Virus record (IMG/VR): IMGVR_UViG_3300027971_000046
Coordinates: 9,080-73,079 of that record
Origin: a virus
Direction: 5' to 3' (one strand)
Length of the DNA: 64,000 nt
Shown here one piece after another: positions 36,307-45,044 of this stretch. Made by a program: the position numbers and the translations under genes. Each line of letters begins with the position of its first letter. Position 1 is the first letter of the stretch. Below the pieces are notes generated by a model, which had not been told where the DNA came from, searched no databases, and was given only the letters and a program-made list of their open reading frames with translations.

Positions 36307-36332
36307 AAAAAGGAGCCGCAAGGCTCCTTTTT
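36307..36332 (+). terminator. bidirectional intrinsic terminator after tmRNA
   Basis: AAAAAGGAGCC-GCAA-GGCTCCTTTTT. Confidence 0.8.
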
Positions 36333-36363
36333 CCATTTATACATACTAGACGGAGGAAATGGC

Positions 36364-36612
36364 ATGACTTATCTTTTCAACGAAGCAATACAGTTTGGTG
36401 GCACAGGTGGACAGTTTGGCGGAAAGAACAAAGGCGTTCTGCTCACCAATCTCATCGGTAGCGGAAATACTGTAGACATTTACACCTACAAGGCTAACGG
36501 CACAACACTTGCAAATCGCGTGTCGTTGCTGGGCAACGAGTCCAAGATTTTTCAAATTCGTGCTTGGGGTATTTCTTGTGGTGCTGGTATCACAGGCGCA
36601 CTCCTGTCGTAA
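36364..36612 (+). CDS. small Gly-rich protein, possibly structural
   Basis: GGAGG RBS, TATACATA upstream. Confidence 0.55.
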   Translation: MTYLFNEAIQFGGTGGQFGGKNKGVLLTNLIGSGNTVDIYTYKANGTTLANRVSLLGNESKIFQIRAWGISCGAGITGALLS

Positions 36613-36674
36613 TTAAATAATTGGGAATTGCTTCCTCCTCTTGACACGCCCGCCGCACACGCTATACTGTGTGC

Positions 36675-36875
36675 ATGGCAAAGCGAATCCTAGACCCCAT
36701 AGACATTGAAGCCGAGCGGCAGGGCGCAGCAGTAGCCCGAGGACGGCAGCAGCAGTGCAAGCCGTTCGGTTTCAACAAGCGTACCCACAAGGAGCGCAAG
36801 GCGCGGCTAGACGGCGAGTTCCGTCAGCAGTGCCGTGTAGTGAAGAACAGCCTTTTTATTGTGGAGGCACAGTAA
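36675..36875 (+). CDS. basic hypothetical protein (leaderless)
   Basis: TTGACA-N16-TATACT, ATG 6 nt later. Confidence 0.55.
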   Translation: MAKRILDPIDIEAERQGAAVARGRQQQCKPFGFNKRTHKERKARLDGEFRQQCRVVKNSLFIVEAQ

Positions 36876-37090
36876 TGCCCCGCATCTGCGACAACTGCAA
36901 CACAGTGATTCCTCCTGCGCGTCTTGAGGCTCTGCCCCACACCACCACTTGCGTGGCGTGTTCGCGTGTCACCACATTCGTTGGGTTCATGGACTGGTCG
37001 CACAAGACCGCCCCTGAACTGGTCATGGTTGACAGTGCTGATTCAGAGAACCTGCGCCGCGCACGGCGCATTAGTGAACGATCACGATAA
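36875..37090 (+). CDS. DksA/TraR C4-type zinc-finger protein
   Basis: CDNCNTVIPPARLEALPHTTTCVAC. Confidence 0.8.
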   Translation: MPRICDNCNTVIPPARLEALPHTTTCVACSRVTTFVGFMDWSHKTAPELVMVDSADSENLRRARRISERSR

Positions 37091-37162
37091 GCGGGTTTCG
37101 TATAGTGGCTATTACGCAGGTTTTCCAAACCTGACAGGAGAGTTCAATTCTCTCAATCCGCA
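37091..37162 (+). tRNA. tRNA-Gly(TCC)
   Basis: GCGGGTT/AATCCGC acceptor stem, CAGGT-TTTCCAA-ACCTG anticodon arm. Confidence 0.85.
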
Positions 37163-37177
37163 TTAGGAGAAACACAC

Positions 37178-37417
37178 ATGAGCAAGCGAGAACTAAAGAC
37201 CGACATGGATTTCTTCATCACTATCAATCCACACTATCCTGACGAACCTGCCCTGCACATCAAGGGTGTGGACACGGCGGAACAGGTGGATACATACAGT
37301 ATTGACGAGGTGGAAGACCTGATTGACCGCCTCCATCTAGTGCTTGGTGAAATGGTTCACAAGCAGCAGATCATGGAGTTGTCCAAGACTCCCACTCTGT
37401 GGGACGGCATTGATTGA
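37178..37417 (+). CDS. acidic hypothetical protein
   Basis: AGGAG RBS. Confidence 0.6.
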   Translation: MSKRELKTDMDFFITINPHYPDEPALHIKGVDTAEQVDTYSIDEVEDLIDRLHLVLGEMVHKQQIMELSKTPTLWDGID

Positions 37418-37423
37418 CACATC

Positions 37424-37496
37424 GCCTTGGTAACTCAGTTGGTAGAGTAAGAGACTTTTAATCTCTAAGTCGCGGGTTCGACCCCCGCCCAAGGCA
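37424..37496 (+). tRNA. tRNA-Lys(TTT)
   Basis: GCCTTGG/CCAAGGC acceptor stem, AGAGA-CTTTTAA-TCTCT anticodon arm. Confidence 0.92.
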
Positions 37497-37515
37497 CGAT
37501 ACAAAGGAAACACAA

Positions 37516-38010
37516 ATGGCAAAGAAGAAGAACACAAAGAAGCCTGTCAGCAAACGCACAACTCGCGCCACTCTTGACGAACGCAACGAGCGTCTTGGCA
37601 AGACCGATGCGCCCAAGCCTCGCAAGCCCCGCACACAGAAGCCCAAGGTTGTCGTGACCACCGAACCCGCTATCAACACTGTTTGGCGCGAAGGAACCGC
37701 CGAAGAGTTCCTTGGCGAAACGCAGACAGTTACCCCTCCTGCGGAAGAGGTTCGCCCGTACACGCATTCGTATATTTTCTCACCCCCCGTGGAATATACT
37801 AAAGTCAACAAGAATTTTATTGATTCCGCTTGGGAATGGATTAATTTCAAGTTGGATGATGCCAAGGTGTATTGGAAGAAGCACGACCCAATTACAGTGA
37901 TTACGGATTTTTCATTTTCACATCCTATATTTTTTGCAATTGTGTTCAGTACCGCTGTACTGATCGTGGTGTTGGCATTCGGTATCGCCGCTCGTATTTT
38001 TGGATGGTGA
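37516..38010 (+). CDS. membrane-anchored hypothetical protein
   Basis: basic N-terminus, C-terminal transmembrane helix. Confidence 0.6.
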   Translation: MAKKKNTKKPVSKRTTRATLDERNERLGKTDAPKPRKPRTQKPKVVVTTEPAINTVWREGTAEEFLGETQTVTPPAEEVRPYTHSYIFSPPVEYTKVNKNFIDSAWEWINFKLDDAKVYWKKHDPITVITDFSFSHPIFFAIVFSTAVLIVVLAFGIAARIFGW

Positions 38011-38151
38011 TCCAAAACAAATAATAGAAAACCGCTCGTAGGGGTTGACATACCCCACAGACCTGTTACAATCTACTCATCGAAACGCCGAAGGATGTTG
38101 GGCTGACATCCGAAGCGTAAACTTCTGAAGCCCACTATTGGAGATATCGTA

Positions 38152-38427
38152 ATGGCTACTACCAAGATTTCGAACCGTCGTCGCGTCCTTAACTTCCTCG
38201 CATCGGGCAAGACCCTCACCTCCGCTCAGGCTGCAAGCAAGTTCGGTGTGAAGAACTTCCGCGCCATGATCAGCGACATTCGTTCGCAGGTTGAGGCGTT
38301 CGGCAACTGGGAAGTGACGCAGACCGTTCGCAACGGCGAGACTGTCTACGGCATGGAAGATACCCACGATGGTGATCGTGTGTACGGCTTCAAGCAGGAC
38401 GGTTCGCGCTACATGATCAACGCCTAA
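38152..38427 (+). CDS. winged helix-turn-helix protein
   Basis: VLNFLASGKTLTSAQAASKFGVKNFRAMISDIR; TTGACA-N16-TACAAT promoter at 38045. Confidence 0.75.
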   Translation: MATTKISNRRRVLNFLASGKTLTSAQAASKFGVKNFRAMISDIRSQVEAFGNWEVTQTVRNGETVYGMEDTHDGDRVYGFKQDGSRYMINA

Positions 38428-38519
38428 TTCGTTGATCTACTGACTGCCCTTGGGGTGGCTGCGACCGATTGGCGTAGTCACCCCTTTGGGTTTCTACACT
38501 CCATCAAAAAGGAAACAGC

Positions 38520-38921
38520 ATGATTCATTTTGGAAACAACAAGTCTTCGATTTTCGTTACTTACGCTGCTCTGTGTGTGGTTGGTTTTGCGGGTGTCACG
38601 CTTCTGTCCTTCACGGGCAAGAGCAATGACCTTGCGGCAGTGGTTGCGTTCTTTGCTTTCTACGGCTTCTTCTGCACTACTTCTGTGTTCTATGTGCTTG
38701 GTAAGCAGAAGGCGTGGATGGAAGCAATCAACACTAGTGTGGATCGTTCGCATGACAGACTGAACGAGTGCATGAACGATGTGTATCGTCAGATGTCAGA
38801 AGAGTCTCGCGCTCTGAACGATACGATGCACAGCACCACGGACGACCTGTGGCGCGAGGTTGGTCGCATTGGCGACAAGGTTGAAGACTGCTGCGAGAGC
38901 AGCAAGTACTGCAAGAAGTAA
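38520..38921 (+). CDS. two-TM membrane protein with coiled coil
   Basis: two hydrophobic helices. Confidence 0.6.
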   Translation: MIHFGNNKSSIFVTYAALCVVGFAGVTLLSFTGKSNDLAAVVAFFAFYGFFCTTSVFYVLGKQKAWMEAINTSVDRSHDRLNECMNDVYRQMSEESRALNDTMHSTTDDLWREVGRIGDKVEDCCESSKYCKK

Positions 38922-38971
38922 ATACACTCTAGCAATTGGTGGGTGAAACATCCCCCCAATTGTTTTTCACT

Positions 38972-39412
38972 ATGAACGCAAAGCGAATTCAAAGACTCCT
39001 TGGGATCGCGTATCCCCTGTGCTTGGACAATCCCCGTCCCAAGAAGCACATTTCAATTATTCTCCGCAAGGGGTCGGTTGAAGCCATTGGGTCTAATGTA
39101 ATGAAGACCCATCCAATGGCAGTGCAGCACGGCTACCTGTTCGGGGAAATGCACTCTGAATTGGATGCATTTTTGAAAGTCAATACTGCTGCCAAGCGCG
39201 GTCTAGTCCTGTTTAATGTGCGGTTCAACCGCTTTGGGCAGATGCGTATGGCGCGTCCGTGTGTGCGCTGTATGCCGTGGTGCGTGGGCTGTTTTGACGA
39301 GATTTGGTACACCACGGACGCAGGGGTAATGCTGCACGGTGAGGGGTTGACTCCTATAAATATAGGGATACCCAAGGAGAAACTGCATGAAAAAGTTCAC
39401 CCAATATCTTGA
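38972..39412 (+). CDS. zinc-dependent cytidine/dCMP deaminase-like protein
   Basis: HSE and ARPCVRC motifs. Confidence 0.75.
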   Translation: MNAKRIQRLLGIAYPLCLDNPRPKKHISIILRKGSVEAIGSNVMKTHPMAVQHGYLFGEMHSELDAFLKVNTAAKRGLVLFNVRFNRFGQMRMARPCVRCMPWCVGCFDEIWYTTDAGVMLHGEGLTPINIGIPKEKLHEKVHPIS

Positions 39413-40238
39413 TTCGGCTGCACTAAACGAAGCACTGTCCCGTAAGGACACGGACGAGGTTCCACTCGTTGAGTCCAAACTGTCTCGTGTATTTCAGTAC
39501 ATTGAAGACGACAAGCGCGACTTTGGAATTATGAGTGCATTCCGTGGAGCCAACTCCGACAAGGAGAACAAGGCAAAGCACGAAGAACTCAAGCAGATGG
39601 TGCGTGGCATGGGCTACGGCTTCATTGAACTGCGTGGTGGTTACAAGGGCGATGAAGGCTTCAATGAAGAATTGAGTCTGCTTATTCCGAACATCACCAA
39701 GAAGGAAATTGTTGCGCTTGGTCGCAAGTTTGCACAGCACTCCGTGATGTACAAGAATGACGAGGACTTTTACTATATCGGCACAAACGAAGAAGCAGGT
39801 GTAGGCAAGGTTCTTATGAAGTTCAAGAAGGGCGAAGGACAGCACAATCTGGAACTCGCCAAGCACAAGGTTGTGGATTTCTTCTCGCAACTTCGCAAGG
39901 GCGCACACAACGACAAGAAGTTCGTGTTTAATGCCAAGGATGAGACTCCTGCCCAAACCGCTCAAGCAGCACAGACAGACAAGGCTGCTGCTGCGCGTCA
40001 CCGTCCAGGTGATGTGTGGAAGACCTCTAGCGGCTTGTGGGGCGGCATGGACGCATCAGGCAACTACGAGTACTTTGACGACAAGGAAAGCGCACAGAAG
40101 TACGCCAAGAAGCACCGCGCAGGATACAAGATCCAAGAGCGCGAGGAGTGGGGATTCAACAAGGCTGCATATCTTCGTCGTGGCGAACAACCCAAGTGGA
40201 TCACGATTTATGAAGATTCTACCGAGGAAAATGCCTAA
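39387..40238 (+). CDS. capsid-targeting-sequence protein, conserved T4-like family
   Basis: TATAAATA upstream; MKKFTQYL; SAFR...N...GY...GGY...E.S...LGRKFAQHSV. Confidence 0.7.
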   Translation: MKKFTQYLDSAALNEALSRKDTDEVPLVESKLSRVFQYIEDDKRDFGIMSAFRGANSDKENKAKHEELKQMVRGMGYGFIELRGGYKGDEGFNEELSLLIPNITKKEIVALGRKFAQHSVMYKNDEDFYYIGTNEEAGVGKVLMKFKKGEGQHNLELAKHKVVDFFSQLRKGAHNDKKFVFNAKDETPAQTAQAAQTDKAAAARHRPGDVWKTSSGLWGGMDASGNYEYFDDKESAQKYAKKHRAGYKIQEREEWGFNKAAYLRRGEQPKWITIYEDSTEENA

Positions 40239-40440
40239 ATAAGTTTGGAGGGCAAATGCCTAAAAACACAAATTCCAAGCAAGCATTGAAGAATTCATTG
40301 CTGCGGAGTGCAATTGATAAATTGCGCCGTGAGGCTGTTGGACGGATAAAAGCAAACAGCAAATCAAATAAACGATCATCGTGATCGTGTATTGACACCG
40401 CCTGTGGTTTTGCTACAATAGTAACTGAAAGGAGTTCATA

Positions 40441-40887
40441 ATGAACTTTAAGACACTGGTTTCTTCGCTCGTGGTTTCTCTCTCGCTCACTGCTGCTGCC
40501 TCGGCGCAGTGGTCTAACAGTGGTACTGGCATCAACATCGGCGTTGGTGGTTCCTACGGAAAGTACAAGGTTAACGAGACTGGTCCGAACGGACGGACCT
40601 ACAGCCGCACAGTCACGAACAACGATCTGCGTTGGGGTGTTGGTGTGGGTAGTTACTCCAACACCAACAACGGCTACTACGGTGGCGGCTACGGTGGTGG
40701 ATACGGTTACGGTGGCGGCTGCTATGGTGGTGCGGTCTACGCTCCTACTGTCATGCCGTACTACGGTGGTTGCGTGACTCCTGTGGTGGTTCCGTACTCG
40801 CCCTTCACGGGCTGCTACGGCAATCCGTACTACGCTCCGCAGGTGATCGCTCCTGCCGCATACTGCCCGCAGTTCATTGTTCGCTAA
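40441..40887 (+). CDS. secreted Gly/Tyr-rich protein
   Basis: signal peptide AAASA-Q; GGGY repeats; TTGACA-N16-TACAAT promoter at 40392. Confidence 0.65.
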   Translation: MNFKTLVSSLVVSLSLTAAASAQWSNSGTGINIGVGGSYGKYKVNETGPNGRTYSRTVTNNDLRWGVGVGSYSNTNNGYYGGGYGGGYGYGGGCYGGAVYAPTVMPYYGGCVTPVVVPYSPFTGCYGNPYYAPQVIAPAAYCPQFIVR

Positions 40888-40927
40888 AGGTTAACAGAAT
40901 GGTTAATTAAACTCGTTTATATTGTTA

Positions 40928-41119
40928 ATTGCCTATCCCTTCCTGCACCGATGATCACGGTCGGCTGATCTCCATCAAACGCAGGATAAAGACTTTGTTT
41001 CGTCAAAGGAACGCAAGAGAAGATCGGGCTTCTTGCAACGGTGGCTTCAGAGTACCGTGGCACAACGCACTCATCTGAAAATGGTTTGGCGGCTCCATTC
41101 AAAAGCCGCCGCTTTTTTT
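40928..41119 (+). ncRNA. candidate multibranch structured RNA upstream of tRNA-Glu
   Basis: nested helices (see finding). Confidence 0.45.
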
Positions 41120-41192
41120 GGTCCTGTCGTCTAGTTGGCTAGGATACCGCCCTTTCACGGCGAGAACACGGGTTCAAATCCCGTCAGGATCA
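41120..41192 (+). tRNA. tRNA-Glu(TTC)
   Basis: GGTCCTG/CAGGATC acceptor stem, CTTTCAC loop, GGTTCAAATCC. Confidence 0.9.
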
Positions 41193-41235
41193 CTGTTAAA
41201 AACCTGTTCAAGCACAGCACAAATGAACATAGGGT

Positions 41236-41433
41236 ATGGAAACACTAGCAATACTTCTCTACGGGATCGGGGCTGTAGCCGCCTTTACAGCGGCTGCGCT
41301 AAAAATTCACGCACACGGATACGCCGCAGGGTATGAAGACGGCAAGAAGTACGGTTTCGCTGATGGGCTGAATCGGGCAAAGGTAACGATGACCAAGGGA
41401 CAGCCACAAAAGCGGGAGACTGTGGGAGCCTAA
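41236..41433 (+). CDS. small membrane protein
   Basis: N-terminal TM helix, GY..GY..G repeats. Confidence 0.55.
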   Translation: METLAILLYGIGAVAAFTAAALKIHAHGYAAGYEDGKKYGFADGLNRAKVTMTKGQPQKRETVGA

Positions 41434-41452
41434 ATACGAATTGGAGGCTTCT

Positions 41453-41827
41453 ATGATTATTCCAAAACTGCTTGGTCTGCAAAATCAAATTCGCGTACTG
41501 CACTGGCAAACCGAGTCGTATGCCGAACACAAGGCTCTAGGAAAGGCTTACGAGTCCCTTGACGGACTTGTGGACTCGTTCGTGGAGACTTACTTTGGCG
41601 CACACGGACGGCACAGCGCGGTTCCTGGTGAGGGCACTACCCGCGCACCCATTGAGGTTGTGGACTACGGTGATGCCAAGCCCCTTCCCGTGATTGAAGA
41701 CGGTATCGTGTTCCTCAAGTCAGAGGTTCCTGATTATGTGGACGAGACGGATACGGATCTGCTCAACATCCGCGATGAGATGCTTGCGGTACTGAACCAC
41801 ACCAAGTATCTACTCACGCTAAAGTAA
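41453..41827 (+). CDS. ferritin/Dps-like phage protein (DUF5856-like)
   Basis: LHWQTESYAEHKAL...D.FVE...DLLNIRDEML...KYLLTLK. Confidence 0.8.
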   Translation: MIIPKLLGLQNQIRVLHWQTESYAEHKALGKAYESLDGLVDSFVETYFGAHGRHSAVPGEGTTRAPIEVVDYGDAKPLPVIEDGIVFLKSEVPDYVDETDTDLLNIRDEMLAVLNHTKYLLTLK

Positions 41828-43234
41828 TCACACCAACAGCAAATCAGCAGTCAGGTTCGGTCTGTTCATCACCGTATACAGGTTGGTGTTCAGACCGATT
41901 CTGTTTTCCGATATTGCTGTCTCATTCAGGTACACACGAACGCGGCTCTGCTTCAGGGTTTCATCGGAAGTAAATTTCACAGTGAATGAGTGTGCGTTTG
42001 ATGCGGCAGTTCCTGCGCGGTAATTCACCAACAGGGTTTCGTCCGCCACTAGGGCTGCAACCGCTGCCTTTGTCTGCGTGTCAGGCGATGTGATTTCCAG
42101 AATATTGGTTCCCGTGGGAATAGTTGAAGTGCCGCTGAACTCTGCGGTAGTGTAGTACTCCGTGATTGCGCCAAGCGAAATGCCTGTGACCACAAGGGGT
42201 GATCCTGTGTCGCTGCTTACACGATCCACTAGTGTGCAGGTCACGCTGCCAAGCACCACGCCTTGTTCGGTGTCAGGCGAGAAGAAAGTGAATGTAGTGC
42301 CTGTGTTTGTGGCAGCACCAAATGAATTCCACTGCTGTACTGCGGTGGGGCTTTCGTCTGCAAGCGATACGGTGGTGTTGGAGCCAATGGTAACGAGTAC
42401 GCGAATGCCTTCAGTGTTCACGGAATTGGTGTCACCGCCTGCAAGGAACTTGCAGTTCTGTAGACTGCCGCCGCCGATGGGTGTGTTCTCGCTTTCCCAT
42501 GAATAAAATTGCGTGACACTGGAGGAGTTTTCTTCCCCTTGAATCATTACAGCCAGCCGAGTGCTGCCGCGAGCGTCCCAAATATTCAAGAACGGAGTCA
42601 GGTCAAACGAAACCGTTGAGCCGTTCCATGCACCCTTGGGCATTATTTCAGATGCCGCAGGTTCGGTGTCGCCGCCTTGAACCGTCCACCCCGTGGCAGC
42701 GGCTTCGGATGGCTTGTACCACGACACCGAGTAGTCCACGGCTGTGTCTAGGGGCAGCAGCACGGCTTTCAGCAGCCCACCAGTGGCTCCAGACGAGCGC
42801 GTCATGCTCAGCGTGGCATTTGCTACGGTGTATGCACTGCCTGCGGTGTAGCCTTCAAGGGTATCTACCGCTGCCGCAAAATATTGGCGTGGATTCAACA
42901 GGATGACTGTTCTGAATTTCTCAAGAGCAGTGCCGCCTACTTTCAGATAGTTGCGGGCGCGATACAGCAGGTTGCCGCTGTCCCCACCTGTGTAGTACGG
43001 AACCTCTACGGCGGCTTCGTCTCCCACCGCTGCGGTTGCTTCTCCAATATCACTCAACTGAATAAACTTGGATGATACTCTTTCAAAAACAGGAACCGTG
43101 GTTACTGCGCTTTTGTTTGTGATATAGGTGTCGCTGTTTCCGTCTGCGCCGTATACCGTAGCCTTCACGGTTGGTGTTATATCGTGAACCAGCCGCGAAT
43201 GGTAGTAGTTGTTGCGATAACTGGAATGCAGCAT
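41828..43234 (-). CDS. probable virion protein with DNRLRE/CBM-like domain
   Basis: ATLS...W...GGD...SFDLT...FYSWE pattern; start moved to MLHSSY. Confidence 0.6.
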   Translation of the reverse strand: MLHSSYRNNYYHSRLVHDITPTVKATVYGADGNSDTYITNKSAVTTVPVFERVSSKFIQLSDIGEATAAVGDEAAVEVPYYTGGDSGNLLYRARNYLKVGGTALEKFRTVILLNPRQYFAAAVDTLEGYTAGSAYTVANATLSMTRSSGATGGLLKAVLLPLDTAVDYSVSWYKPSEAAATGWTVQGGDTEPAASEIMPKGAWNGSTVSFDLTPFLNIWDARGSTRLAVMIQGEENSSSVTQFYSWESENTPIGGGSLQNCKFLAGGDTNSVNTEGIRVLVTIGSNTTVSLADESPTAVQQWNSFGAATNTGTTFTFFSPDTEQGVVLGSVTCTLVDRVSSDTGSPLVVTGISLGAITEYYTTAEFSGTSTIPTGTNILEITSPDTQTKAAVAALVADETLLVNYRAGTAASNAHSFTVKFTSDETLKQSRVRVYLNETAISENRIGLNTNLYTVMNRPNLTADLLLV

Positions 43235-43244
43235 GATGTCCCTA

Positions 43245-44957
43245 TCAGGAAGCGTAGAACGAGAAGGTGATTCCTGTGCCTGTGTTGTGCGGAGCAAATC
43301 CTGCCGAGTAAGGCGGGTAGAACACCTTGATCTTGTCGATGTTGTCCACTTCAAGGAACAGTTCGTCGCCGTGATACATTGTGAAAGATGCAGTTCCTGC
43401 GGTTGATCCATAATTTCCTGCATCATCTTCAGAAATCACGCACATGAGTTCGTTCTGCGATGCGTTTGTGCCTGTGGCAATACGCGATACCTTGATGCGA
43501 ACACCTGTGGCGCAAGTGTATCCTGCCGCAGAGTTGTACTCTGTGAGATTCTTTGGAGAATAGCCTACTGTATTCGTGCGTGCGATGAACGAAGGCTGTG
43601 TTGCATAGGAGTCAATAGCAACGCTGATGGAGCCGCTAGACACCGTATTAGCAAGAGTCTGTAGTTGTGTGTTTACAGCATTCTTGATTAGCGAGTAGAT
43701 GGAAAGCGAATCGGTGAAGTCAAATGCGCCCACGCTTACAGTCGGATCGTACAGAGCCTTCTTCGTGGCAATCAAGAAGTCGGTGTTTGTTTTGACCTGA
43801 CCAATGGTGGCATTCATCGTGGATGTTGGAGTATCAAGTTTTGCCAATTCAATTGGCATGAATCCACCTGAATAGCCCTTGACAATCACAGGTCCGTTGG
43901 CTGTGTCTCCTGCAACCCAAAGTCCTTGTATTGCACTAGTTGTTCCTGTGACTGGAATTGGTGCATAGGATGGAGCAGTAATACCAATTTGTGCGCTGAA
44001 TGTGGCGTAAGCATTGAAAGAGAACCCCGAGTTGACGAGGTATACATTTACTGCCGAGCCGCACCATCCTGCGCCTGTTGTGCCACCCACTTGCGTGAGT
44101 GTGCCAGCGGGTCCAACGGCGGTATTTTGATAAACAGGAATCGTAGCCTTGGACTTATTGTCTGTTGCGCCCTGACCCACAATCGTAACCGTGTCAATAG
44201 TGTAGTCAAGGTTACGAATATCAAGATCCGCAGCAGACACCGTGATGCCCGCTGAAGTCTTGATGTTTACATTCAGTGCATTGGATTCCGCGTAGATGGC
44301 AGCAACACCTGTTCCCGTGAATCCGAATAGTCCTGTGGACACGGTGGAAGCAGTTCCGCCGCCGTAAACGGTGATGTTGTCTGTGGCTGCGGTGATGCCG
44401 CGAATGCTGAAGTTCGAAGCCTGCACATACACAGCCGTTGCGCCAGTGACTCCGAATATGCCTAGATTGGAGAAAGACGAAACCGTTACAGGCAGTGCGG
44501 CACTAACAGTGATCCCGATGGGGTATCCGCTGGCAATTCCTTGAATACCCACATAGTCTATTCCAGTGGTACTGCCGAGAGTGTCTCCACCGTACAGGTT
44601 TCGAATGCTGAAACTGCTACCCGCAACATTCAGAGTTCCAACCGTAATACCTACGGCGACTCCTCCTGATACACCCACAACAGTGAGAGATGTTCCTGTA
44701 ATTCCTACAATAGTTGTGGCTAGGCTGTAGTAGCCTGATGGAGCAAGATATTCGTACTTGGTCCACGAGCCGCACAGACCCACTGGCAGGGGCGCAGAGG
44801 CATTTACATATGTTACTGTGTCGTTTGCACCATACGCGATCTTGACAATCTGATGATGTGCAGTTTCTCCTGCACCTACAGGCTTGACATAATCGCTGGC
44901 TATGGTATAAGTAGTACCACTGGTAACTATCGTGTAGTTGTCGCTGGTCGCTGCCAT
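43245..44957 (-). CDS. Gly/Thr-rich tail-fibre or structural protein
   Basis: 570 aa, beta-rich, HHQIVKIAYG motif. Confidence 0.65.
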   Translation of the reverse strand: MAATSDNYTIVTSGTTYTIASDYVKPVGAGETAHHQIVKIAYGANDTVTYVNASAPLPVGLCGSWTKYEYLAPSGYYSLATTIVGITGTSLTVVGVSGGVAVGITVGTLNVAGSSFSIRNLYGGDTLGSTTGIDYVGIQGIASGYPIGITVSAALPVTVSSFSNLGIFGVTGATAVYVQASNFSIRGITAATDNITVYGGGTASTVSTGLFGFTGTGVAAIYAESNALNVNIKTSAGITVSAADLDIRNLDYTIDTVTIVGQGATDNKSKATIPVYQNTAVGPAGTLTQVGGTTGAGWCGSAVNVYLVNSGFSFNAYATFSAQIGITAPSYAPIPVTGTTSAIQGLWVAGDTANGPVIVKGYSGGFMPIELAKLDTPTSTMNATIGQVKTNTDFLIATKKALYDPTVSVGAFDFTDSLSIYSLIKNAVNTQLQTLANTVSSGSISVAIDSYATQPSFIARTNTVGYSPKNLTEYNSAAGYTCATGVRIKVSRIATGTNASQNELMCVISEDDAGNYGSTAGTASFTMYHGDELFLEVDNIDKIKVFYPPYSAGFAPHNTGTGITFSFYAS

Positions 44958-45044
44958 TTGCTTCTCCGCTTTTGCAGTGTCGTGGGCAAGTCAAGGACTA
45001 AATAAGAGTACCCTTCTATGTATATTTCCGAAAGTAAACCTGTC

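Noticed and set aside
43235-43426. N-terminal extension of the 532-aa ORF
   Set aside because: Overlaps the upstream gene in another frame; the true start is more likely 43234.
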